From an uncultured Bacilli bacterium (lineage in GTDB: Bacteria; Bacillota_I; Bacilli_A; RF39; UBA660), in NCBI GenBank assembly GCA_934131005.1, contig CAKOYV010000001.1:13216-77215 (forward strand): 64,000 bases of DNA. Direction: 5' to 3'. Shown here piece by piece: positions 20,950-31,809 of the stretch. The first letter of the stretch is position 1. Each line of letters starts with the position of its first letter. The position numbers and the translations under genes are program-made. The notes under the pieces are model-generated. The model made no database searches, was not told the DNA's origin, and saw only the letters and a program-made list of their open reading frames with translations.

Positions 20950-22287
20950 TTACCTCTTCTCCCTCAAATATCTTTTCAACAAAAAAGTTAAAAAATAAGG
21001 AAAAGTATAAAATTTACCATTAAAACCAATATTTTTATTACAAAGCTTAATACCATATTTAATATCCTTGTACTTTGCATCATCTATAATATTATTAAGA
21101 GAAACCGTAGAATTATCATTAGCCTTAACCTCTATTGGAATTAAAGAATCCCTATCTCTTACAAAGAAATCCATCTCAATTGTTCCCTTTTTATTTTTAT
21201 AAAAATATAATTTATAACCCTCTTTTACTAACATATCACCAACTATATTTTCATATATAGCACCTTTATAAGTATTAAAATTTTTATTAATTCTCAAATC
21301 ATCCTGTGCTTCTTCATCCAATGATCCTATAAGTAATCCAGTATCACCAAAATATACCCTATAATTATCTGGATTATAATTTCCTCCAAGTGGCAATGAT
21401 AACGATTCCATACAATAAGAAATATTTATAATCCCTGCATTATTAAGCCAATCAATTGTACCAATATATTCTCTATTTCTAGCACCAACATCAACCTTAG
21501 ATATTTGAAATTTTTTATTTTCATTTCCCAAAAAAACAGGAATTTTCCTATAAACATTTAATACCTTAGCCTGATCCAAACCAGTTACATACTTAGTTAT
21601 ATCCTCCTCATAATCTAATAATATTTGTTTTTGCATCTCTATTATTCCACTATAATTATTTTGCATAACAAACTTATTTACTATATTAGGCATCCCACCT
21701 ACTATCATATATTCTCTAAAATTATCCATCATTACATCATATTGTATTTTACTAAGTGGCTTACACTCTAACATACAACTATATATTTCTTCTATTTGTT
21801 CACAAGTATATCCCTTAGCCCACAAAAATTCCTCAAAATCTAGCGAATACATATTATAGTCAATTTTATAGCCAACACTATTTGATTCTATTTCACTATA
21901 ATTAATTCCCATTAATGACCCTGAACATATAACATCATATCTTCCGTCTATCTTAAATGGCTTAAGAGAAGTAGCACAATTTGGAAAAGCTTGTATTTCA
22001 TCAAAAAAGATAAGTGTTTCATTAGGAACAAACCTAAAATTAGGATTTTTTAAAGAAATATTTTTTATTATCTTATCAACTTCAAAACCATCATCAAATA
22101 CATCTAAGTACTCTTTTTGAATAGCAAAATTAATTTCCACTATATTTTTATAATTGCCTTTAGCAAAATGTTCTATTGCCTCTGTTTTACCAATTTGTCT
22201 TGCTCCTTTAACAATTAAAGGATATCTATCACTGTTATTTTTCCAATCAATCAAATATTGATCTATTTTTCTTTTTAATCTATTCAT
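20950..22287 (-). CDS. AAA-type ATPase with DUF4143-like C-terminal domain
   Basis: 445 aa. Walker A GARQIGKT and Walker B-like LIFFDEIQ, with a C-terminal restriction-endonuclease-like region EMDFFV...IPIEVK. Confidence 0.65.
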   Translation of the reverse strand: MNRLKRKIDQYLIDWKNNSDRYPLIVKGARQIGKTEAIEHFAKGNYKNIVEINFAIQKEYLDVFDDGFEVDKIIKNISLKNPNFRFVPNETLIFFDEIQAFPNCATSLKPFKIDGRYDVICSGSLMGINYSEIESNSVGYKIDYNMYSLDFEEFLWAKGYTCEQIEEIYSCMLECKPLSKIQYDVMMDNFREYMIVGGMPNIVNKFVMQNNYSGIIEMQKQILLDYEEDITKYVTGLDQAKVLNVYRKIPVFLGNENKKFQISKVDVGARNREYIGTIDWLNNAGIINISYCMESLSLPLGGNYNPDNYRVYFGDTGLLIGSLDEEAQDDLRINKNFNTYKGAIYENIVGDMLVKEGYKLYFYKNKKGTIEMDFFVRDRDSLIPIEVKANDNSTVSLNNIIDDAKYKDIKYGIKLCNKNIGFNGKFYTFPYFLTFLLKRYLREKR

Positions 22288-22482
22288 AATCTAAAAACAC
22301 CTCCATAATCATATTATCACAAAATTCCAACCTTTTCAACCCAACTCCATCACCAAATTCCAACTATTTTCAAGGTGCTTTATCACAAAATTCCGACAAC
22401 TTCTAAGGCACTTTATTACGCATTTTTCAATATTTTTCATTTTTGCGTAATAGAATTATTTATCACTTTACCTAAATCTAAA

Positions 22483-22517
22483 AAATAAGTCCTAGCAAAC
22501 CCATGGACTTATTTTTT
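22483..22517. terminator. Hairpin terminator downstream of the oleate hydratase gene
   Basis: aaaaaataAGTCCtagcaaacccatGGACTtatttttt has a GC-containing stem flanked by A-run and T-run, so it could act in both directions. Confidence 0.5.
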
Positions 22518-22525
22518 ATTAATAT

Positions 22526-24301
22526 CTATATAACATTATATTCTTTAAGTAATTTCTCTATATCTGTACCACTTATTTTCTTCAAAACCTCTTTAAGTAA
22601 AGCCTTCTCAACTAAATTAAGATTCATATCCACAATTGGCTTACCATCTCTAAGTTTTACCGTAGCATTAAGTAAATCTCTAATATCATAAACACTACCC
22701 CATACCTCAGGAACACCACGATCCACATTAAGAAGTGTATATACAGCTTCCATTGCCGTACGAATAGAATATTCAGTTGTAAAAATAGTATCTCTCTTTG
22801 TCTCTGCAAATTGTCCTAAAAATGCAAAATTAACTGCACACTTAGGTACAACTAAAGGCCTATCAGTACCATTTCTTGGCATAAAGAAAGCATCAATATA
22901 TGGCATCATTACCGGAACTGTATTAGCACTCTCACGAGCAAGCTTCTCTATTTTAGATTCCTCAACTCCCATATGATATAACCATTCCATACAAATTTCC
23001 ATTCCAGTACACTCACGCATTGGCTTTTTCACAAAATTTCCTGGTACATTACTAAATAAACCGTAAATCCAACCAACTAACTGATCTTTAGGCTGACTTC
23101 TAAACTGTGGCTGACGGTTAAATGTCCAACTAAGTAGCCAATTAGAATCCTTAACTGTAACAATTCCTCCCGTTACAACCTTACCAGAAAAAGGATTTCT
23201 TTTACAAATCTTTTCTACATACTTAGGTATCTCTCCATCAAGTGTTGTAACCGTAGCACTCATCCAATTAGTTTTATCAGGACTACTACAAAACTTATCA
23301 GGATTACCAAAAGATGGATCTTGTGCCGCTATCTTACGCCATAAATCCCAGCCACCACCAGGTTTTAACTGTGTATTCATAACAGCCTTTTTATTTTGAC
23401 TACCCATAGTAGAATTCTCAACACAACCACCATTAGTAATAAAGACTAAATCATCATCCGTAAGACTAATAACCTCATCTTCTCCATTATGTTTAGTAAT
23501 AATCTCCCTAGCAACTTTCTTATAATCATCAATATCAAACTTAACATTCAAAACACTAACACCATATCTAAAATCAACATCATGACTCTTCAAATACTCA
23601 ATCATTGGCAAAATCATTGATTCATATTGATTATACTTCGTAAACCTTAATGCCGTAAAATCAGGAAGTCCTCCAATATGATGGATAAATCTTTTAATAT
23701 AAAGCTTCATCTCCAAAGCACTATGCCAATTTTCAAAAGCAAACATTGTTCGCCAATAAAGCCAAAAATTAGAACTAAGTACCTCATCACTAAAATAATC
23801 AGTTATTTTCTTATCATACAATTCACAGTCTGGTGTAAAAAACAGACGCATTATCTCCATTGTTGCCTTATCAGATAAATTAAATTTCTTATCTGTATGA
23901 GCATCCTTACCCCGATCAACAGTTGCACGCATCAAAGAATAATTAGGATCTGCTTTATTTAACCAATAATATTCATCCAAAACACTAACATCAGGAGTTT
24001 CTATTGATGGAATTGATCTAAACAAATCCCACATACACTCAAAATGATTATCCATCTCTCTGCCACCACGCATAACATATCCAACATCATCATAAAGATA
24101 ACCATCACATGCTCCACCTGGTAGATTACCTTTCTCAAGAATATGGATCCTCTCACCACTAACTTGACCATCACGAATCAAAAAACAAGCAGCCGCTAAA
24201 GCAGCTAAACCAGATCCAACAATATATGCTGACTTATTATCTGCACCACTTGGCTTCTTAGGCCTAGCAAACGCCTCATAATTACCACTACTATAATACA
24301 T
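22526..24301 (-). CDS. ohyA: Oleate hydratase (myosin-cross-reactive antigen family, FAD-dependent)
   Basis: 591 aa. N-terminal FAD fold AYIVGSGLAALAAACFLIRDG, with MCRA-type blocks GGREMDNHFECMWDLF and RFTKYNQYESMILP. Confidence 0.85.
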   Translation of the reverse strand: MYYSSGNYEAFARPKKPSGADNKSAYIVGSGLAALAAACFLIRDGQVSGERIHILEKGNLPGGACDGYLYDDVGYVMRGGREMDNHFECMWDLFRSIPSIETPDVSVLDEYYWLNKADPNYSLMRATVDRGKDAHTDKKFNLSDKATMEIMRLFFTPDCELYDKKITDYFSDEVLSSNFWLYWRTMFAFENWHSALEMKLYIKRFIHHIGGLPDFTALRFTKYNQYESMILPMIEYLKSHDVDFRYGVSVLNVKFDIDDYKKVAREIITKHNGEDEVISLTDDDLVFITNGGCVENSTMGSQNKKAVMNTQLKPGGGWDLWRKIAAQDPSFGNPDKFCSSPDKTNWMSATVTTLDGEIPKYVEKICKRNPFSGKVVTGGIVTVKDSNWLLSWTFNRQPQFRSQPKDQLVGWIYGLFSNVPGNFVKKPMRECTGMEICMEWLYHMGVEESKIEKLARESANTVPVMMPYIDAFFMPRNGTDRPLVVPKCAVNFAFLGQFAETKRDTIFTTEYSIRTAMEAVYTLLNVDRGVPEVWGSVYDIRDLLNATVKLRDGKPIVDMNLNLVEKALLKEVLKKISGTDIEKLLKEYNVI

Positions 24302-24425
24302 AACATCATCCTCTCTTTACTATTATCATTCTAAATCATAATTCTATACCAAAATAATAACAATAAACAAAAGGACATATCTGTCTATATTTTAAACACA
24401 TCAAAAAAATTGTCTAAGAAAAAAA

Positions 24426-24983
24426 CTAACTACTAGCCATATTTTTAATAGCACCCTCAAAACTACCACAAAGCATTTTTTCAAGTTTCTCTAGCATCAC
24501 CTCTGGATCATATCTCATCCCATTAATAACCCATTCTTCTATAACACCAGCAAAACCATACTTATAAAAATTAGCAATAAATGTCTTATCCTCATCACTA
24601 ACCTGATACTCTCTTGAAAGATCATCAACAATTTTTATAAAAATAACATTATAATTTTTAAAAATAAAATTAAGAATTATACTTCTATCAACTGATTTAT
24701 AAGTATTCATAACAAATCTCTTATTATCTTGCATATATCCAAAAAGATATAAAAAATTATCTTGCCAATTACTATAATTAGTATCTCTTTCTATCTTAAA
24801 AATAACCTCATCTAAATAAATCCACTCCAATAAATCATAGATATCTTTAAAATGATAATAAAAAGTTTGTCTATTAACACAACAATCACGAACTATATCT
24901 GTAACTGTTATCTTATCAAAATCTCTTGAATTCATTAATCTTTTTAAAGACCTACCCATAGCCCTTTTAGTTATATCTGACAT
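24426..24983 (-). CDS. TetR/AcrR-family transcriptional regulator
   Basis: 185 aa. N-terminal HTH FDKITVTDIVRDCCVNRQTFYYHFKDIYDLLEWIY (DhaS-like subgroup). It lies next to ohyA. Confidence 0.75.
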   Translation of the reverse strand: MSDITKRAMGRSLKRLMNSRDFDKITVTDIVRDCCVNRQTFYYHFKDIYDLLEWIYLDEVIFKIERDTNYSNWQDNFLYLFGYMQDNKRFVMNTYKSVDRSIILNFIFKNYNVIFIKIVDDLSREYQVSDEDKTFIANFYKYGFAGVIEEWVINGMRYDPEVMLEKLEKMLCGSFEGAIKNMASS

Positions 24984-25036
24984 ACCAAATCACCTAATCT
25001 ATTTAAACAATACAAAAATAAGTACTAAAACTAATA

Positions 25037-25873
25037 CTATTTTAAGTCCTTATCATAATTTTCTAAAAAACTATGATAAACTCTCTTATCTTTAATTCCC
25101 AAAACACAATTTATATTAACATTATCCATACTTCTAAAAATATTATTATCTATCTGAGGATTTATTTCTTTTAATTTCTTTATAAGTTCCTTAATTTCTT
25201 TTCTCTTACTAACGCCATCATTTATTAAAGAACATCCTTCCGTAAAACGACAAGCACAATTAATAAAAGTCAATTCATTAGAATTACGCCATGAAATAAT
25301 TGCATCTTCATGCACCATATAAAGAGGTCTAATTAACTCTATCCCCTCAAAATTATCACTATGTAACTTTGGCATCATCGTCTTAATCTCTGATGAATAA
25401 AACATAGATAAAAGCGTTGTCTCAATAACATCATTAAAATGATGCCCCAAAGCTATCTTATTACACCCTAACTCTTGAGCCTTACTATATAAATAGCCCC
25501 TTCTCATTCTAGCACACAAATAACAAGGACTATCTCCACCTTCTCGCTCAACAACATCAAAAATATCACTTTCAAATATCTCAATTGGAATATTCAAAAT
25601 CTTCGCATTATCTTTAATAAATCCTAAATTATAATCATTATATCCCGGATCCATCACAACAAAATGAGCTTCAAACCAAAACTTACCATGTCTCTGCAAC
25701 TCCTGAATACACTTAGCAAGCAAAAAAGAATCCTTTCCCCCACTAATACAAACCATTATCTTATCGCCCTCTTGTATTAATTGATACTCCGAAATAGCCT
25801 TAACAAACTTACTCCATATATCCTTACGATACTTCTTAATAATACTTCTCTCTATTTCCTTATACTTCTCCAT
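25037..25873 (-). CDS. ttcA: PP-loop ATPase, TtcA-family tRNA thiolation enzyme
   Basis: 278 aa with PP-loop CISGGKDS and Cys motifs CYLCARMRRGYLY and CACRF. A cysteine desulfurase gene is adjacent. Confidence 0.65.
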   Translation of the reverse strand: MEKYKEIERSIIKKYRKDIWSKFVKAISEYQLIQEGDKIMVCISGGKDSFLLAKCIQELQRHGKFWFEAHFVVMDPGYNDYNLGFIKDNAKILNIPIEIFESDIFDVVEREGGDSPCYLCARMRRGYLYSKAQELGCNKIALGHHFNDVIETTLLSMFYSSEIKTMMPKLHSDNFEGIELIRPLYMVHEDAIISWRNSNELTFINCACRFTEGCSLINDGVSKRKEIKELIKKLKEINPQIDNNIFRSMDNVNINCVLGIKDKRVYHSFLENYDKDLK

Positions 25874-25874
25874 A

Positions 25875-27005
25875 TTATAACTCCTTCATACATTCATCAA
25901 ATATTTGCAAAAATTCTTCTATCTCCTTAAAACTAGTTAAATGAGAAAGACTAAGTCTCAAAGAAGTAGAAGCCAAAGATTTATCCCTAGTCAAAGCATA
26001 AACCAACTTCGATGGCGTATATAAAGGACAACAAGATGTCTTAGTAGAAATATAAACACCCCTATCCTCTAACATTTTTGCAAACTTTAAAGCCTTAACA
26101 TTCTTTATACTAAAATTAAGAGTAAACGGCAATGAATTCTTCGTACTATTTATATAAATATTCTCATACCCACTCAAATGCTCTCTAATAATATCATTAA
26201 GCCTCTTAACATAATCATATCTCTCACTCTGCATCGAAATAGCCAAAGATAAAGCCTTAGAAACAGCCGTAATCTCCCCAACAACAGGCGTACCACTTCT
26301 AAATAAAGTCGTCGACTTACCACCCTCAATAAGTGGCTTTAAACTAACATTCTTTTTCTTAACCAAAACTCCTGTACCAGGAAGTCCATAAAATTTATGC
26401 GGAGCAATTGTTATTAAATCAACATCACTATAATCAATCTGAACTTTCCCAATAGCTTGCGATGCATCTGTATGAAAATAAGTATGCGGATATTTCTTCA
26501 ATAACCTAGCAATCTCTTCTATTGGTTGCACCAAACCAATCTCACTATCAACTGAACATATACTAACTAATATTGTATCATCCCTAATAAGCCTCCTCAA
26601 AGCCTCAATATCTACAAGCCCATCTTTAGTAATAGACACCAAATCAATATCAAAACCAACCTCCTGCATCGAAGTAACTGACGAAGTTATAGAATTATGC
26701 TCAAGTGTACTAATAATAATATGTTTACCATAATTACGATAACGATTACAAATACCCTTAATCGCTAAATTATTAGCTTCCGTAGCCCCACTCGTATAAA
26801 TAATCTCATCTTCTAAAACTCCCAGCAAAGAAGCTATCTCACAAGTACTATCATCTATAACCTTAAGAGCCTCCCTCCCTAACTTATGATTAGAATTAGG
26901 ATTAGCAAAATATTTAGAAGTAACATCATAATATAAATCTATAACTTCCTTATCCACTGGTGTACTAGCAGCATAATCTAAATAAATCATCAAATCACTC
27001 TCCAT
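25875..27005 (-). CDS. Cysteine desulfurase (NifS/IscS class V aminotransferase)
   Basis: 376 aa with IYLDYAASTP, SGATEANN, PLP-lysine region APHKFYG and a C-terminal TSCC loop. Confidence 0.8.
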   Translation of the reverse strand: MESDLMIYLDYAASTPVDKEVIDLYYDVTSKYFANPNSNHKLGREALKVIDDSTCEIASLLGVLEDEIIYTSGATEANNLAIKGICNRYRNYGKHIIISTLEHNSITSSVTSMQEVGFDIDLVSITKDGLVDIEALRRLIRDDTILVSICSVDSEIGLVQPIEEIARLLKKYPHTYFHTDASQAIGKVQIDYSDVDLITIAPHKFYGLPGTGVLVKKKNVSLKPLIEGGKSTTLFRSGTPVVGEITAVSKALSLAISMQSERYDYVKRLNDIIREHLSGYENIYINSTKNSLPFTLNFSIKNVKALKFAKMLEDRGVYISTKTSCCPLYTPSKLVYALTRDKSLASTSLRLSLSHLTSFKEIEEFLQIFDECMKEL

Positions 27006-27105
27006 AAAACTTCTTTTATTTTATCAAAATTATCACAAAAAATAAAGTAGCTACTAAAAATATTTATAGAAAAAAAGCTTAACAATATAAGCTTTATTTA
27101 AAATA

Positions 27106-28345
27106 TTAACCAATATATTTCCAATGAGCATAATAAGTTACATCACTATCTGGCAAAATAGTATTATCATCTATTCTAACTCCATCAATAGGATCTGTAT
27201 ACCACCCTAAAAACTCATAATCATTCCTAGTAGCATTCAATAATTTACCAATCTTACTTCCTTTATTTCCAATCAAAGTAATATTATTTAACCCACCTCT
27301 TTGAAATTGTAAATTTCTAACCTCTAACGTCCTCTCTTCATCTTCACTTCCCCAATCATAAAAGATAAAAGCTGTATATTCACTGCTATAATCATCTGAA
27401 TGATACTTTGAAGTAGCTTTAAAAGTATGCGTATACCTCTTCCATGAAGTACCAACATCATAATAATTAAGACCACCTTGTTCGTTTCCTATAAAAGCAG
27501 TTAGACCAACTGAAGCTTTAGCCTCAAAACTATAACTATACTCACTCCCAATATCTAACTTTTTATAAGATTCAAAATAAAAACCTCTTATAGAATTAAT
27601 TGATGCCTTAAATAATTTTGTTCCATTATAATAATTCGTAGAATAAGTAAGAAGTGAGGCAGCGTTACTAGTACAACAAGGCTTATAATATGACTCATCA
27701 TAATAATCACTCATAACATCATTAAGTAAATAATTATAATCATAAGTAATAGCAATACTATTAGCATCGTTAATCGTAGATGACTGTTCACTAGTCGCAT
27801 AAATATATCCTGAAAAACTTTTATTATCATATTGACCATTAGAAATTTCTGAATCTATCCATAAATAAACTTGATATTCAACTGGATCAACTGTTAAAGG
27901 AACTATAGCTAATAAAGAATCTCCCTTATTATCTATACTCCCTTCACTAAGTAAAGAATCCTTTTGAAATATTTTATATTTCAAAGCTTTAACACTATCT
28001 ATAGGAGCTGTTATATTATCATCAACATGCAAATAAATATTCACATAACTATAAATCTTACAATCTTCACTCTGAGATAAAGTAATCGTACCCTTAGCTC
28101 CTTCTAAATAATTAGTCGTACTACTAAGATTACTAGCATTTATCTCTTCTCCTTGATAATTTATTCCATTACATTCACTACTTCCAGCAACTGAAGTATT
28201 CTTTTTCATCTCTAAATATGCATAAGTTCCACTAGTTACCAAAACTGCATAACAAAATATTCCTACAATTATTAAAGCTACTCTCCTTAGTTTAAGACTT
28301 TTGACCCCCCCCCGAATTAACTTTTAGTTTATAACCGTTTCTCAT
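27106..28345 (-). CDS. Surface protein paralog A: poly-G leader, shared N-domain type 1, CBM-like middle, C-terminal InlB B-repeat. Out of frame as sequenced.
   Basis: RBS gagaggt plus ATG at 28345 opens MRNGYKLKVNSGGG, then 9 G (28305..28313). With 9 G the frame stops after 17 codons. With 8 or 11 G it joins VKSLKLRRVALIIVGIFCYAVLVTSGTYAYLEM... of ORF 27106..28242. The C-terminus YEFLGWYTDPIDGVRIDDNTILPDSDVTYYAHW is a Listeria-Bacteroides (InlB B) repeat. Confidence 0.7.
28305..28313 (-). repeat. Homopolymeric G9 tract (C9 on the plus strand) inside the 5' coding region of paralog A
   Basis: Counted directly: ttgaCCCCCCCCCgaatt. Confidence 0.95.
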
Positions 28346-28437
28346 AAATATACCTCTCATCTTTATTATTTCTACTTATTATTTTATCAAAGAATAATAA
28401 AAAAATAAACAAGAAATATAAACTTTCCCATTTATTG

Positions 28438-29938
28438 TTATTTTATTAATGTTATTCTAGAATAACCATTTCCCTTTTTAGCATAGCCACTAATCGCATC
28501 ATCAGATACATTAGTAGTAGATATAGTTTTAGTTTCAACCTCATCGGACTCTTCACAATTATAACAATACATAGCTTTATTAGTCAAAAGTGAATTTCCT
28601 ATGTAACCGGAACCTCCACCTCCACCGCAATTATTTGTAGAACCTCCGCCTCCATAAAAACCAGCTCCCCCTCCAGAAGAACCTAACACAGTATTTCTAA
28701 CCCCACCTTTCCCAAAAAATGCTTCGTAAATTCCTCCTTGTAACTGAGAACCTCCTTTTCCTACTTGATGCTCATTATGAAAAATATCTTCTGCCTTAAC
28801 AACCATAGTTCCATCATTTCCTAAATTACCACCTCCTGAACCTCCTATTCCATATTCAGGTAAAAGCCCCAAAGAAAGTGATGATTCTGCCCCCCAATAG
28901 TTAGAACCTCCACCTCCTCCTGATACAATTAAAATATTATCTTTATTTTTCTCATAATTTTTCAATTCTCCATTTTCAATAAGTAAATTATAAATAGATG
29001 TTGCTCCACCACCAGCTCCTATATAGGAAGTTGATGTATCACTATTATTTTGACTAGCACCTCCTCCATTATAGCCACCTATTCCATTTACTTTATTATT
29101 ATAGGGATAATCTCCTCCATTATTATCAGTACCTTTTCCTCCTACTGAAATATACAAATTATCTATTCTATTAGCCTTAATAATTCCAACGGAATACCCA
29201 CCATAACCTCCTGCATATTCTTTAGCATCTCCACCCTGTGCCCCCCAAGTTTCTAATTTATAATCACCACTTACTGGTACAATAAACTCTTGCTCTCTAC
29301 CTACATAATCAAAATCAATCGTTTCAATACTAACATTTTCATTATTAGAAATTTCTTCACTACCTATAGTAGATGATTGTTCACTAGTTGCATAAATGTA
29401 TCCTGAAAAACTTTTATTATCATACTGACCACTAGAAATTTCTGAATCTATCCATAAATAAACTTGATAGCTTTTAGGATTACTAGTTAAAGGAACTACT
29501 GCTAATAAACTATCTCCTTTAGTTGTAATAGTTCCATTATATTCAATTTTATCTTCCGTTATTAATTTATATTTCAAAGCTTTAATACTCTCTATAAGTG
29601 CTGTTATACTATCATTAACATGCAAATAAATATTCACATAACTATAAATCTTACAATCCTCACTTTGAGATAAAGTAATCGTACTCTTAGCCCCTTCTAA
29701 ATAATTAGTTGTACTACTAAGATTACTAGCATTTATCTCTTCTCCCTGATAATTTATTCCATTACACTTAGCACTTCCAGCAACAGAAGTATTTTTTTTC
29801 ATCTCTAAATATGCATAAGTTCCACTAGTTACTAACAATGCATAACAAAATATTCCTACAATTATTAAAGATATCCTCTTTAGTTTAAGACTTTTGACCC
29901 CCCCCCGAATTAACTTTTAGTTTATAACCACTATTCAT
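28438..29938 (-). CDS. Surface protein paralog B: poly-G leader, shared N-domain type 1, C-terminal glycine-rich domain. Out of frame as sequenced.
   Basis: RBS aaggtga plus ATG at 29938 opens MNSGYKLKVNSGGG, then G9 (29898..29906), which gives a stop after 17 codons. Loss of one G joins VKSLKLKRISLIIVGIFCYALLVTSGTYAYLEM.... The C-terminal half (WGAQGGDAKEYAGGYGGYSVG...VGGKG...GAGGGATS...SGGGGGS) resembles the bacterial glycine-rich (ALK/LTK GR-like) domain. Confidence 0.7.
29898..29906 (-). repeat. Homopolymeric G9 tract inside the 5' coding region of paralog B
   Basis: Counted directly: ttgaCCCCCCCCCgaatt. Confidence 0.95.
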
Positions 29939-29950
29939 TACTCTCACCTT

Positions 29951-31672
29951 CTATTTTTTTACTATTATATTATCACTACTAACACCAGCAAAACCATTAT
30001 CACCACTAGCTTTATCTAAAATCCAATCCCTATAAGAATCTTCTTTCACATAAACTTTAATACTGGGATTTAAAATTAAAAATTCCCTATAACTAGTAAT
30101 GTTATCAAAATTAATTGTTACTTTAGATAAGTCTAATTCAAAACTAGAATCACTATCAGCTATCCAATAAAACATACAACCAATATCTGTTACTGATGAC
30201 ATATCAAATTTATTTCCTAATTTCAACGTAAATTTCTCACAATTTTTACAGGTCCCTCTAAACATACTTCCCATTCTTATAACTTTACTTGTATCAAACT
30301 TATTTCCTAAGTCCAAAGTAAATGACTTATTACTACTAGCAGTTCCCCAAAACATATTTACCATTACTGTTACATTGGAAGTATCAAATTTATCTCCTAA
30401 ATTTAATGTAAAATCATTATGGGATGTTCCAACAGCTCTAAACATAGAATTCATATTTACAACATTAGAAGTGTCAAATTTATTCCCTAAATCTAAATTT
30501 GTTACGCTAATAGCCTCATAAAACATATATCCCATACTACTAACTTTAGAGGTATCAAACTTATTTCCTAAATTCAAAGTAAAATCAGAAGCTGAATGAG
30601 CTATACTTCTAAACATACTATCCATAGTAGTAACATTAGACGTATCAAATTTTTCTCCCAAATTAAGTGTAAGATTACTACTATTATATCCTAAATTAGA
30701 AAACATAGAAGTCATATCAATTGTCATTGAAGTATTCAAATTACTCATATCAACTGCTTCGACATTTTTTAAACCATCTAAAAATACCATTGCCTTTTTG
30801 ATATATATATCTTCATTACTTCCAACATACAAATCATAATAACCTTCACTACTATTATTATTAAGCCAAGCTACTATGCTATTATCTTGAGCCTCTGATA
30901 CATCCCACTGTACTACCGACTTACTTGTATCTATATAATCAACAAATGAAACATTCTTAATCTTTTCTTTATATTCATCTGCCCTAAAATAATCACTAGT
31001 AGTTTGCCACGTAAAATCTTTCATATAGTTAAATTCTCCAACAGTAGAGGTTGCTCCTGTTCCATTAGAAGAAGAGAAATTAATAATGGCATTATATTTA
31101 CCTGTGTCTGTTTGATTTTCATCTACTTCATCTATCCAAATAACCATATAATATGTCTTTGATGCTCCCTTTCTCAAAGTTAAATCACTATCAAATCTAG
31201 CATTATTTAAACTAGCATAATGACTGTTATAATCACCATAAGTATTTTTATCTTTTATAAGTCTCCACTTTAAGTTAGGCATTTTATCTATATTTCCAAA
31301 TTTTATACTACCATTAACTTTAACTGTTGCTGTCCCTGTATTAGTAACTTTAATTGAATAAACTTGACAGACAGTATTTTTATTACCATCTACGCAACTA
31401 TAATCACTAGAAATAGCATTTGATAATCCCTTTTCAAACTGGGGCACCAAATTCTCATCATTGGAAGGATATTGATCAACAACTTCTAAAGATAAATCAG
31501 CATCTCCAGCCGTTCCAGCTACACTACTATCATTAACAGCAGATAAAGCATAATAAGCATAAGTAATACCAACACCAACTATAAAAATTAATACATAAAT
31601 TAACAAAATTAATACTATTTTTTTATTTTTATTATTACTAAAATTAAATTTTAACTTATTAAGCTTTTTCAT
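29951..31672 (-). CDS. Surface protein paralog C: intact start, shared N-domain type 2, C-terminal BspA/DUF285-type repeats
   Basis: 573 aa with signal anchor IVLILLIYVLIFIVGVGITYAYYALSA. The C-terminal half has about 8 repeats of FTLNLGNKFDTSNVTxMxxMF (about 26-residue surface-protein repeat, leucine-rich type). It has no poly-G tract. Confidence 0.8.
   Translation of the reverse strand: MKKLNKLKFNFSNNKNKKIVLILLIYVLIFIVGVGITYAYYALSAVNDSSVAGTAGDADLSLEVVDQYPSNDENLVPQFEKGLSNAISSDYSCVDGNKNTVCQVYSIKVTNTGTATVKVNGSIKFGNIDKMPNLKWRLIKDKNTYGDYNSHYASLNNARFDSDLTLRKGASKTYYMVIWIDEVDENQTDTGKYNAIINFSSSNGTGATSTVGEFNYMKDFTWQTTSDYFRADEYKEKIKNVSFVDYIDTSKSVVQWDVSEAQDNSIVAWLNNNSSEGYYDLYVGSNEDIYIKKAMVFLDGLKNVEAVDMSNLNTSMTIDMTSMFSNLGYNSSNLTLNLGEKFDTSNVTTMDSMFRSIAHSASDFTLNLGNKFDTSKVSSMGYMFYEAISVTNLDLGNKFDTSNVVNMNSMFRAVGTSHNDFTLNLGDKFDTSNVTVMVNMFWGTASSNKSFTLDLGNKFDTSKVIRMGSMFRGTCKNCEKFTLKLGNKFDMSSVTDIGCMFYWIADSDSSFELDLSKVTINFDNITSYREFLILNPSIKVYVKEDSYRDWILDKASGDNGFAGVSSDNIIVKK
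30880..31368 (-). repeat. About 490-bp block identical to 32736..33224, inside a longer roughly 775-bp similar region shared by paralogs C and D
   Basis: Comparing 30901..31368 with 32757..33224 line by line (constant offset 1856) showed no mismatch. Flanking sequence diverges. Confidence 0.85.
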
Positions 31673-31809
31673 AAAAAATGCCTCCTATTATCTATCTATA
31701 TAATATCAAAAATATTAAAAAAAATAAATAGAAAAATATCAAATAATCTCTCTATTTATTCTCTAATAAATTAAATACTTCTCACATAAATGCTTTATAA
31801 ATTAACCTG

